A stretch of 63,796 bases of DNA, the filler included, from Sphacelaria rigidula (lineage: Eukaryota), in assembly GCA_964200075.2 (NCBI GenBank). It is 11 parts of 11 records of this genome, joined end to end, with 100 filler letters (N's around TTAATTAATTAA, not from the genome) between each part and the next. Parts side by side here need not be neighbours in the genome. Positions count along the whole stretch, not along the records: positions 11,619 to 17,327 come from CAXNAA020025075.1; positions 17,428 to 23,136 come from CAXNAA020025076.1; positions 23,237 to 28,945 come from CAXNAA020025077.1; 8 more parts are not named here. The stretch is one strand, 5' to 3'. Within the stretch, counting starts at the first letter, position 1. Each line of letters starts with the position of its first letter. Shown piece after piece: positions 12,674 through 24,457 of the stretch. The translations under genes were made by a program, and so were the position numbers. The notes under the pieces were generated by a model. The model had not been told where the DNA came from, searched no databases, and saw only the letters and a list, made by a program, of their open reading frames with translations.

Positions 12674-13149
12674 GCACACGCGGCCATTTGGGTACCCCCA
12701 AAATTCCTGTAGGGCGGTCAACTTTTGGAGTCTCCAGAGGAATCGAACGCCTCCGGAGGGGTGCGTGGTCCTCAAGAGGAGATGTTTTGTTTCCTCCAGG
12801 GAGATTAATCCTTTTGAAACCCATTGACGACTCTTGTTTTTGTGAATCGGCATCATTTTCAGTCATTTCCAAGTCAAAATTATGCCGATCCACAATAACA
12901 AAAATCGTCAGTGGGTTCCCAAAGGGTTAAACGCCTCCGGAGACTTGTTTTTGCCTCTGGAGGGCCGTGCATCTCTCCGAAGGCGTTTTGCTACCCTCAA
13001 ACTCCTCCGGAAGGATGTGCGGCCCTCCAGGTCGGTAGTGTTTGGTTCCCTCCAGAGGGATTGAAGGCCTCCGGAGGCTTGTTTTGCCTCTGGAGGGCCG
13101 CGCATCCCTCCGGAGACATTATGGGGGGTAGCCAAATGGCCGCGTGTGC
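12674..13149. mobile_element. MITE with ~27-bp TIRs and internal CCTCCGGAGG repeats
   Basis: GCACACGCGGCCATTTGGGTACCCCCA at the left end, TGGGGGGTAGCCAAATGGCCGCGTGTGC at the right end. Multiple internal CCTCCGGA and CTCTGGAGGGCCG units. Confidence 0.78.
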
Positions 13150-13794
13150 TCTTCGTGGAAAAGTCCGTTTCCGGAGGAACAGATTCACTAAGGCCCATTA
13201 TTATCAACACTGTGTTTCGGACATCTCCAATGTTGTCCGGACTGGCAAGGTACCTCATGACTCTCGATTACTTGTGAGCGCTGCGGCCTATTCACAGGGC
13301 AGCTCTCCGAAGTGCTGTGATGCAGTCCGAATTTTTCGGACTTCGCCAAAATCAAGTTTCGGAGGAAAAACCGAGCCGCTTCATCATTGGAGAAATATTA
13401 AGCCAGAGTTCGAAAATCCTTGAAAAAGTCTAATGCTTGGTTTTAAAACCAGTATAATAACCTTCATACTTAGTCTTGCATATTCGGTGTATCACCTTGC
13501 TTTGTCACGAATTAAAGGCTTTGTACATAGCGTCCCACCCGGAAAAGTCCCGCCCTCAGAGCTTTTTGACATCTCTGAGAAAACCTATTTCGATAATGAT
13601 GGGCCAAACCTGCTCTTTTCGTGTCATGAGACACCGGGTCGGTGGTGAAGGCGCACTATTCAGCTTTTGCTTGATTCTTTACGCATCTATAATACATATA
13701 TATATATATATATATTGATGTTGGGGTACGCCGTCCGACCTATACTCCAGGTCTGCCGGTAGGCCTTAGCTTTTGAGTCTGAGGCGGTATTTTT

Positions 13795-16700
13795 AGTTGA
13801 GGTGTTTTTTCTTCCCTGGGCCCCATTTATGACCCTCCATCTTGTCAACGATGTAGCAATCGTTTTTCGGTTGCGCTACATCTGGACGGTCAACCTCTGG
13901 AAAAGACAATCGTTTCCCTAAGAAGTCGGCGAGTCGATCGAAATCGGGACCTGGCGCTTTCTCCCGTGGGTAGTATCCCTTCAAGTTGGCCAAGTGTACC
14001 GACGTTAGTTTGCGTCGTTGCCCAACCTTACTTTGTATACCACCGGAGATGCCTGGGAGAATATAGTGTACGGGCCTCGCCAAGGTAGGAGCAATTTCGG
14101 ATTTTGAATGTCTGCGTCTTGATAGGGCTTGTACGGTAACACTTCTTGTCCCGGTTCGAATGTGGGGAAATACTTGAGTTTTCGTTGAATGCTTTCTGCT
14201 TGTCTGTACGTTTCTGCAGTTGCGCCTTGCGAGTTCAAAAGGTCGCTGTAAATTGTCTCGTGGTCTGTTTCGTGTATTCTTCAGCATCTGCTGCATGTCC
14301 CTCATTCGGGATGCCTAGATTTATATCATCTGGCAATTTTGGTTGTCTCCCGACCAATAAGAAATACTGAGTTTCTTGCACCCTCGTGTTGAATGACGTG
14401 TTATACGCAATTTGCACACAAGGCAGCAAGGTTGCCCAGTTGTTTGGTCTGACTGAACTATCCATTGCCAGCATAGCGTGTAGACTTGAGTGTACTCGCT
14501 CTGAGACCGAGCTACGTTGAGATCGGAACGGAGTCGGGCGGGTTTTCTAAACCATTAGCTGTGTATGTAGCTGGTAAATCACTCGATTCTCATACTCCTT
14601 GTCTGATCAGAGTGCAATTTTTCCGGAATACCGAATGCTGTTGAACTCTGTCGACTAGCATCTGTGCTACAGTAATGGTTTACCTGTTTGGAGGCGAGAT
14701 AAAAAGTGCGTAGCGCGTGTCAAATGATCCGTCATGGGCATGACATAATTGCAAGGCGCTCTACCCGAGGACTTTGAGATCGTTTTCTAGTCGGCCAAGT
14801 CTATCGACACACGTTGAAATGATCTTGCCCCAGGTATATGGCCTGCAGGGAATTTTGAACAACTAATGGTCTTTTTCCGGCGTTGGCAGGCTTGACAATC
14901 CCCATACCAAATTGTGCACGTCTCGGTTTACTGTTGGCTATAAGTACTTTCGTCTCATATTTTCGCATGCCGGTTTGAACGCGAGGTGGCCTCCAGATAA
15001 CGCATGATCATAATACAAAGTACGAGCCCTGTCAAAGCTGTTGGTAATACTAGTTGATCATGAAAAGTGCCTCTTTTGCGGAGATTTCCTGGAAAATAGG
15101 ACTTCTACAAAATATCGTCTTGGACTGAACAGTACGGCATGGATGCCAACGTTTTCTTTTCCCGGGATTGGTTTACTGTCATCACTCAAATATTGAATAT
15201 ATGGGCCATGTTCTTTTGTCTGCTCTGCTTGCAATTTTTGCTTGTCCACAGACATACATGGAAGATATAACAGTGGATCCTGGAAAATGGGGTCGATCTC
15301 AAAAATGAGGTTATACTGTAGAAACAAAAACAGTCCGATTTTATAAACTTCGTTCGGTGCACCTAGCCACAAGTGATTCACTGCTGCAGAGGTTTTGGGG
15401 GGAAATATGGTTTCGCTCTGTGTGACTGTGTCGCGTCATCCCTGCAAAAAAGATATGTCACTTGAACCTCATTTTCGAGATCAACCCTATTTTCCAGGAT
15501 CCACTGTTATATTTGTCGCTAGTGTAGACAGACGTTTTACTGTAAACAGCTATCCGTCGCTTTGTACTGGTTTTAGATTATCCAGTTTGTTTGCCGAGAA
15601 TTGAGACGGCTGGTGCGTTTTTGCGGTGCGCAATGCGGGATCACCCGGTACATTGCGACAAATCGCAGGGACTAGTGGTTCAACTTGAACTTCCCGCTGT
15701 TGCTCGAATTGAAAGAGTCGTGGTAAGAGTGTCGGGGGTGGTATTTCATTTTCCCGGTTTATGCTGCACCGTAAAGTCATATGACTGCACAGCAATTGCC
15801 TACCTTGTCATCACCGTGCTTGTATCTTGCATCCGATACAGATATCGCAGCGCCGCATGGTCTGTCACGCAAGTGAATTTCCTGACCCATAAAAAGGGCC
15901 TCCACCGTTGAATCACCACAATATCGGCGTGGAATTCCTGGAGAGTCGCGAAATAATGTTTTTGGGCATGGTTACAACGTTGACTGAAGGACGTCATGAT
16001 TACTTGACCATCGCCTTTCTTCTGCCCTAGGTGAACCCCCATCCCCTGATTGCTGGCCTCGACTTGGACCACGAATTCCTTAGAAAAGTCAGGGAAGGGT
16101 AATACTGGGGCAGTCGTCAAAAGCCGTTTCACTTCTGCGAAAGATTCGCCATACTCTGCCTTCTAACGTTGTGTTACTTATTTGACGGCCTCTTTCTTGG
16201 TGAGATCAACCAAGGGTGCCATGACTTTCGCCAAATTTGGCACGAATTTCCTCACGAAGTCGATCATGCCGGGCGATGAGCGCAGCTGCTTGATGTTGAT
16301 CAGTTTGGGCACGTCCAGTGTGGCTTTCATACGGTCGTCGCCCACCTTGATCCCGTCCCTGATAGTGTGTTCCTAGGTATTTAACTTCGTTTGGTCCATT
16401 CTGTACTTTTGGCGGTTCCAGGGTGAGGTCCGCTACTTGCCGCGCCTTGAACATATCCTCATCAAGTGGACCCAGGTGGCTTTTCCAAGAAGAACAAGCG
16501 ATTAAATCGTCCATGTACACCAGGAGGTCGCTTTTCGGTCCAAAATGTGAGAAATTTAGAGCCATTACTCGGGAAAATGGGGAGGAGGCTGATCAGAATG
16601 GGAGGTGGTTGAATACCCATTTAACTTTGCTCGTGACGAAGGCTGCTGTCTCCTTTTCTTCTCCCACTATAGGGATTTGGTGCAATGCAATCTGCACGTC

Positions 16701-16860
16701 GAAGACAGAAATGTATTTTTCTCCCGCCATCGTTTCTATATGTGATTTCATATGAGGCATCGGCCATGATTCACGAACCAGACTCCTGTTGAGTGTTCTG
16801 ATGCAAACTTGCGCTGAATCACCATTTACACGTGAGTTTGTTTCGAATGGTACCGCCAAT
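13795..16860 (-). mobile_element. Degenerate Ty3/Gypsy LTR retrotransposon pol (RT-RNase H-integrase)
   Basis: Frameshifted fragments in Gypsy order. RT: WPMPH..ETAAFVT, LLVYMDDLI. RNase H: APVLPFPDFSKEFVV..TDHAALRYL. Integrase: GGHL..CQRRK zinc-binding region, WATLLPCVQIAYNTS, and GPY/F motif KLLLPWRGPYTI. Confidence 0.93.
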
Positions 16861-18032
16861 GAAAACTAGGCTTCGCTAGGGTTAGGCAGTGGAATTACGT
16901 CTCTTGATGAAGAACGTTGTCGTACCCCTGCTGCCGAACGATCTCCAAAGCGAGGCGTAGTTTTATCTCTTGATATGTCGGGCAAGGATTAACCGTGGGC
17001 CGGTGATACGCAAGCGACCGAGCTAGTACGGAGTACAACTAGTCATCAGCCAGGGCTCATGCGGTGGCTCTGTCTACCGGAGGACCCTGTTACCTAGGTC
17101 ACCAGAGATTGGTCTTCAGATATTTGAACGTTTCGCGTCCGCTCATGTATGTCATTGGCGGCCCCCGTTCCTGTAACTGTGTCCCCGGTACATGTGTATT
17201 CCGGTTATCATTATGCTTATACAAATGTCGTTTCCACAGCATGATATATATATATATATATATGTACAGGTATGATTTCACTTTTTCACCACTTTTGCCG
17301 AGTTTTCTCAGGCGGCAAGGCATCTTANNNNNNNNNNNNNNNNNNNNNNNNNNNNNNNNNNNNNNNNNNNNTTAATTAATTAANNNNNNNNNNNNNNNNN
17401 NNNNNNNNNNNNNNNNNNNNNNNNNNNATTCGCCGAACACACCACAGCGCTTCGCGCTCGGTGATTGAGTGCAAGTCTGGTCCGGCGAAAATCCGGCGTG
17501 CTCCGCCCCGGCTTTGTAGGGATGCGAGGTTAATGGTCTCATGACTCATGGCATGCATGATCATGAGTACACCCCCACCCCCCTCCACCAGGATATCGGG
17601 GACAAAACGAGGTATTATCAACTCCCAATACCTCCATACGAGACTTCAAATTCTCATGCCTCGAATATCCCTTACGCAAGATTTACAGGACAACCAGCTT
17701 AGGATAGCGATGCGCACAGCCTTTCCAGCGAATTCCAGCACTGCCAGTACACGCCATGATATCGGAGCTGCCGTCTACATTTCAGCGCAGCCGTTTGTTT
17801 TTTGGATAACGATGTAGAGCAACCGGGGCATGGTCGATAATGGTGGAGAACAACACAACAACATACGTAACACCCCCCCCCCTCCCCCTTTCCCCCCGGC
17901 TTTTCTTGGGTGGAACAGAGTATCCTGGCCTGTGCTCCTGTGAATTGCACATTTGGACTCCCTTGTTCTGCAGGAACTGTGATGTAGAATGGCCGTTACA
18001 AGTCGTACACAGTGCTGTGGTGGAGCGCTCAC

Positions 18033-19319
18033 CTGGCAGATGTGGTCGGATGCAATGATGACGTCAAACCGGACATTATCCTCTACGCTGTCAAATTCGC
18101 CTTGTTCGTCCTGGTCCCCACCTCTATCACCCGCGCCGAGGGCATCATGACCATTTTCAACCCCGGATCTCGACGATGTTGACGGTCCGGGCACTACAGC
18201 GGGTTCTTCGTCCTCACTGCCAGACATCAGATCCGGCACCCGCAGGAGATCCCAGTCCAGGTGACGCACCCGTACCCTCCCAGGCACATCGATGGCCGAC
18301 CCTGAATCCCCCGTTTCTTCGCCTCGCTCTCCAGGCTGCGTTGCACTATTGGACGTCCAGCCCGCGTTGAGGGCAACATTCGCCTCTAGCGCCCGCAATA
18401 CTTTCGGGTTAAAATCGCTCAAGGTGACGGTAGAGGCCAAGTGCGCGGCAGTAATGCCGCACAGTCCAAGCCCCGCACCGACTTCCAATACGCTACGCCC
18501 GCGCAACACCCCGGGGTGCGCGCACAGCCACCGCGAGAGGATCACAGCAGCGGGCCACATTTGAAAGCCGACATCAAACTGGCTGTGCTGTCGCTCCTTT
18601 ACGGGTCTCACCAAAATCGACACGGGTCGGCCTTCGCTAACATTCAAGTTGGACGGAGGAAACGCCTCCGTCGTGATCGCGCCTGTTGTTTCAAAACTGT
18701 CGAGGGTGGAGAACCGGTCACCGCCGGCTCCCAGATATTTATGTTCTCCCTCTGAGCTTACACGTATAATAAAATCGTACTCTAGCGGATACCGCCCGGA
18801 CATCAAATCCGAGGTATCGCCGGGGAAGGCGGAGCGCATCGGGAATGCGCATCCTGAAGATACGACGCGAGCGGCAACCTCTGCCGCCGCCGCCTGCACT
18901 TCGTCTTCCTCCCCATCGTCTAGGTCAACACTGTTACTTCTGTTACATTTCTCCACGCCATCACCGCTCAACGTCTTGCGTAATGCAGCTGCCCTCTGGT
19001 TGGTGGGTTGACGGAGTCGAATATTCCCAGGAATTTTCCCGTCGCTCATGAGCCTGAGGATAGTCGTGTGTCCGCCGATAGCGCCCAGCAGCTCGGCGCA
19101 TTCGACTTCTCGGCAGAGCTCTCCTAGACCTAGCAGACATCGAATCCCCAACGGCTCGTTGCCCGCCATAAGACTGTCCAGAACTCCGTTGTACAGCACC
19201 TCCACACCTTTGCCGACGCCGCTGGCTGCATGTTTCCCAAGCAGACCAATCGACAGTCGCTCCCGCGGGCGTAAGCGTGTTACAGGGTCGATAGCAGACA
19301 GCAGGTGCTGGAGGTTGTC
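18033..19319 (-). CDS. Large exon of a SAM-dependent protein methyltransferase (Methyltransf_16 / METTL21-22-like)
   Basis: 1287-nt open exon bounded by cacag|GAC and CAG|gtgag. Motifs: VGFQMWPAAVILSRWL, motif I VLEVGAGLGLCGI, VTLSDF, LEANVALN, LDW, FDVIIASD. Has an uncharacterised N-terminal extension. Confidence 0.9.
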
Positions 19320-19700
19320 CTGTGATGGAGATGGTATGACCAACAGGAGGGGCAAGGGGCGTCGGTATCGTGATGTATTGTGAGCAGCGTATACTTTTTA
19401 AGAATAGATGCGACGACAACACACACGTATCAATTGAGTGTTGAATACATAGGCTGTTCTGCTATCAACGACGGATATCTGCTGCACGCCTTCATCCTTC
19501 GGCCGCGGGGGTGGATCATCTGGGACTTCGAATCATTTTTCAAGTGAACAGGATGCCAATTCAACGAATGATCTAAGCGAGGGCGCATGTTTAATTCTCC
19601 AGTTTTGTGTAGAAACGTAACACCGGTCATTTTTGGATACTGCCCTTCAGAGGCGGCAATCACGCCAAATCTGTGATGCTATCTCATCAACTTCTCACTT

Positions 19701-19778
19701 CGGCGACACCGAGAGATAACGAACGCTACATACATACTAAACAGGAGGTCCCGGGTTCGAATCTCAGCACCCCCCATC
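19701..19778 (+). mobile_element. Short tRNA-derived element (second SINE-like family)
   Basis: GGCGACACC..GAGATA..CAGG..CCGGGTTCGAATC (B box). Homologous copy at 63143-63217 (-). Confidence 0.55.
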
Positions 19779-20930
19779 AAGGCGACATAAAAAAAAAAAA
19801 TGACTTACACAAGAGACTCAAAAGTCGTGTAAAAGCGCCGGGGAACAGAAATGTGGTGGGGAAAGGACGAGTGTTGCTGCGGAGATTTTTGGCTTGGCAA
19901 CCCAACACATGCATAAGACATCTGAAAAAATAGGTGCAAAACTATACTCACCGCCGCTAGCCGGCGAAAAATGTTATCCACACGACAACACTTTTCGTCG
20001 CAGAGCGCACGACGAGGCTCGTGAAAGGGGGAGTGGATACTATCGAATAAGAGAGGACTCACCACCTTTTGCAAATACTTGCGTATTACAACGAGCACTT
20101 GCACACGTAGGAGGAGTAAAAGCATAGTTCGTCCATAACCAGGTTTTGCACGAATCACTACACTCCCCCTTTCAAGATGTGCACATTTCTCGCCTGTGGT
20201 TCACACGCCTAGATCAAACAAACATTTCCCCTCTCATCATTCATACGACGAGAAGGAAGAGAGGGATGCCACCGCCACAACTAAACAGAAAAGTAACACG
20301 TGGCAAGTGCGGATATCCTACAACAAGTGGGAGGTTTCATGAATGAACCACTGCGTGAACGCTAGTGGACACAAAATGTTCCGAAACACAAGGGTCACTC
20401 GATAAATTTCAGAAAAAACGGATGGAAGACCCCGTGGATAGAATTGAACCATCCGCCCCATGGGATAGCCGGGGGTTCTTTAGGGCAAAATGGGGCGATT
20501 TGAGCGGACTTTTTTGCATCCGCCACCCTGAGCGCAATACACGATATTTTTTTCACTTCCGATCTCGATGTGCTTTCGTCAGTATTGTAGTGTTCAGTGT
20601 TGCTTACCCGTACGAGTCCCTACTTCGACATTTCATTGCATTTTGCTCTTCAGCTCTCGAGGAAAATGAAAATGAGAGCCCAAGAGCTAACCAAAATGTG
20701 ACAAAAAGCGAAAAAAAAGTTGACAAAAAGAAAAAAATACGGCAATGCCGGGGCTCGAGTCCGCTTCAAAAAAGGTGAAGGAGGGCTGTGGTTACAATTT
20801 TTTTTGTCGGTTCCGGCTATTCATGTTAAAACAGCGCGTTGTATTGCTACTGTCTGTATCCAGTGTTGATGTTGCAGCAGAAGCCTGGTATTTGCTCTTC
20901 CATACTACTGTAATACACTTTACTGTGTGA

Positions 20931-21284
20931 GTGTTGTGTTGTCGTCTCATCTATTCTGAACGCCGGTCTGCATTTTCCGGTACATGTGGGCGCACCAGCC
21001 GCGGTCACACAGGAGGAAGGTCAACACAGGAGCTTTTTATTCTTTATTTGTTTTTACTACCCCACGCTTCTTCTGCGGTGTGAGCCTTCATTTTTTATCG
21101 CGAGAGGGGCTCAGCACTTATTTTCCCTCGTCGACCGTCAAGTCGAATTTTGCGTGCCCTATACACAGTCGCTCTCTACTGTTGGGTATGGTGTGAGAAA
21201 AAGTCCCAGATCACTCCGAGATTTGAACCCACAACCCGACCGTCAGAAGGTTTCGAGGTTACCGACTGAGCCACCGGGGCGACC
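20931..21284 (-). mobile_element. tRNA-derived SINE (~350 bp) with a CA-rich tail
   Basis: Minus-strand head GGTCGCCCCGG-TGGCTCAGTCGG (A box) and GGTTCAAATC (B box); tail GACAACACAACAC. Copies at 50777-51242 and 56505-56835, a related partial at 25574-25795 and a head fragment at 50648-50671. Confidence 0.85.
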
Positions 21285-22124
21285 TTACTGTGCAATGAAA
21301 ATGTACGCAGGGCCTGTAATAATTTTATATTGATTATTTTGTGTGTTTTTCACGTCACCTTGACGATCGACGGCGTCCTCAAACACACATGTTGCACACC
21401 CCCTGAACAACGATGATACTAACCATAAACGAGACGAAGGTATAATAATTAAAATCACAGCTACATGTACCTGTTCTTGAGATATTCTACGTACTTCCTA
21501 CCGCTGTCACAGCGCCAGCAACATCTGTGCGAAAATTCTAGCCAGCGCACATGGATAATGAAGACACTAGTGCCGTCACTGTCGAGAGTTGTCTCATCGA
21601 ATATCAACTTGACCCTTTTGGAACCGTTGATGGAAAATTGACGATTTACAACTGACGTTTTCTTGGGCAAATTATAGATGTTTTTCTCCAACTGGTTATG
21701 ATCCAGCCCACCAAAACGCTTAACCCCCCCATGTTCAAGAACACTCATGTGACAGATTCGTGCACCGAACTCGAAGTGACGTTTCCCGGTGACGAAAGCT
21801 CGCATATGGGATTATGTACTGTTTTTCGCGAGTTCCAAAGGGGTCAAAGTTTTTTTTGTGCGGCATCTCCGAAGTGTTGCGATTTATTCCAGGATTTCGA
21901 AGGAACAAGCTACCGTGGTGAGGCGACCACACGTCACGAACTGGGTCAGCTCAAAAACGGAATCGAGCTGGCACAGCCCTACCTCATAGACGCAGATGGA
22001 TTCGGCCGTTATCTGGGCATCATGTCAATCGTCTTCTTTCTTAGTTTGATCTGCTTGTCTGTTCCATCATTCAATTTTCTTCGCCTTTCTTCAACACTGG
22101 TAAATGAGCCACGACATGCACAGG

Positions 22125-22405
22125 ATGAAACGTTACATTTGAACGTTACAAGTGTGAACGTAACGTTATATCAGACGTTACACGTCACATTGAAACGTTT
22201 CATATTACGCTACATGTAACGAAACGTAACGTTATTTTTTTTTCACGTGATGAACGTAACGTGAACGTAACCTTAAATTTTCATATGAAACGTTAACGTC
22301 ACGTGAAAATTATTTAACCTGACATACGTAACGTAACGTGAACGCAGAAGATTTTTTACGTGATGAACGTAACGTGAACGTGGACGTGTGACGTGTAGAC
22401 CCCTG
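22125..22405 (-). repeat. AACGT/AACGTAACGTG array ending in a CAGGGG terminus, likely a DNA transposon end
   Basis: Dense ACGT-containing short repeats. The minus strand starts CAGGGGTCTACACGTCACACG, resembling hAT-type ends with subterminal repeats. Confidence 0.6.
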
Positions 22406-24457
22406 GAAAATTCATGTATGGGCATGATGGAAACTGCACGCCAAGACTTCGAAATATCTTTTGTTTTAAAGCTGGATCTGGCCGCCCAGTTTTGGGGTTA
22501 TGCTTTGAAATTCGGTGGGGAGAATTTTGCAAGGGCACAATATATTAGAGAACGCGAGCCAGACTCTGACTTTCTTCCTCAAGAGTTACGCACGTTTCGT
22601 GAAAAATGGATATTGCCTCATGTCATTTCGAAGAAGAAATCCCATGCCTTGGCATATATATTTTCTATGCCCTTGCTTTCTCCACACACCAAATTTCAAA
22701 GCACATCTGCTGAATCGCCCACAACCTACCGCTGCGTTTTCTAGGCTGGCCCAGCTTGTACACGAAGGTAATGCTGAATGATGCTTTGGATCAATGGTAT
22801 CACCGCACTTGTCGCCAATCTTGTGAGAGGGTGAGGCATATCCCAGGTTACACGGCACAATAGACTACGAAAGAAACCCAAAGGAAATGAAGTACAGTGC
22901 GTTCATGCCTGCGGTTGATGTCCCCAAGAGCTCAATAAGCTGCGCGCTGGAGTTCAGAAGCGATCTGTGGCGGGGCGTGTCGGAGGGTAGATTTCCTTCA
23001 TTACTTTGGCGTAGGGTGTGTTGGGCTGTTGAGTCATCCTACGATAGGGGGGGGGGGGGGGGGGATTTGGTTGCACGAAAAAAGAGGCTCATAAGTGTGT
23101 CAGCCCCCCCCCCACCCTTGCGTTGCGTTTTTTTTTNNNNNNNNNNNNNNNNNNNNNNNNNNNNNNNNNNNNNNNNNNNNTTAATTAATTAANNNNNNNN
23201 NNNNNNNNNNNNNNNNNNNNNNNNNNNNNNNNNNNNAAGGCCACAAGTGGCGGGCGGCGGTTGCCACATCCTGTTGAAAGCTTTCCACGGCGACTTACAC
23301 TGCTTGATACATCTGCACATTACCTGATGCGCACAGCACACGAATAATAGTACAGACAGTTTGTACCTGCACGTGAAAATAGGTTGGATGAAACTTCTGG
23401 TTTTCATCTAACCCTGCGGTTACATACAGTCGTGGACTTTTAGTGACATGAAGCCACTGTTTCATGCATATGCAGGACACGTCATTCCTAACCAGCCTCA
23501 TTGGTCGTTCTGGAGGCCCAGTCCTCAAAGAGTTGATATTGAGTGACCCCCGGGCTCACCGGTAACCAGGGGTCCTGACACGCTGCAGCCCAGATTCCGA
23601 CTCTTCGGTATCTTTCATCTGTCCCTGTCGTATTCGTGAAGAAATGTTCAGTTTTTTCATTCTACCTACTCATTGCACGGGAGCCGAAAACCTGTGTTCA
23701 TGGTCAATAACACCCTCCTGATAAATGGGATATCTATCTTCTACTCGTATCGCCCGATAACACCAACTGACACTAACGTGGGCACTGCGGGGGGGGAGGG
23801 GGACGATCTATTTATTTCACCAAAATCTACCGACGCTAGCAATATCGAGTTCTATCGTAGAATAGTCGAAAGAAAAAAATCTGCTGAGAAAAATGGTCCA
23901 GGCGCCCAGTACTAAAAAATGCGAATGGGCCTGCTAACTCCAAATCTACTTTTAGGCGGGCCCAGCTCGTACCACGAGTACTGTCTGTACTTGTACCGCT
24001 GTCACGAGCAGGCCCCAATTTTACTATATATTTGTTACATAGTCACCGTACCAAAGTTGGTGTGAACACAGCCGGTAACGGCAAACTTAAATAAACTGGA
24101 GACATCATCACCAGTTCCACTTGAACTCTAGTTCGAGTTTAATCGCAAGCACAAACTGGTCCAGTTCACAGCCCTAAAAACGCTCCAAGGCAATGAATAA
24201 ATACATGAAGACGAACCTGTCCCACTTTTTTTGTTCATTTTACCCTAGCAAGGTCCCACAGAAAATTTCAACACAAAAACACCAAACATGGGCTGGTAAG
24301 TGAGCTGCAAACTGTTGTCCCGAATTCTACCGACCCGGTTTTGAAATGGCCCATTTGCAATTCAAAACTTGATATAGTTGGACCCTAAAAATTGGTGTAG
24401 ACCATCGATAGGACCTAATAACAAAGAGTTTGCGTCGACCCGAAGAGGGTTTTTTCA

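Noticed and set aside
15395..16755. Plus-strand ORFs over the Gypsy region
   Set aside because: Antisense shadows of the minus-strand pol relic.
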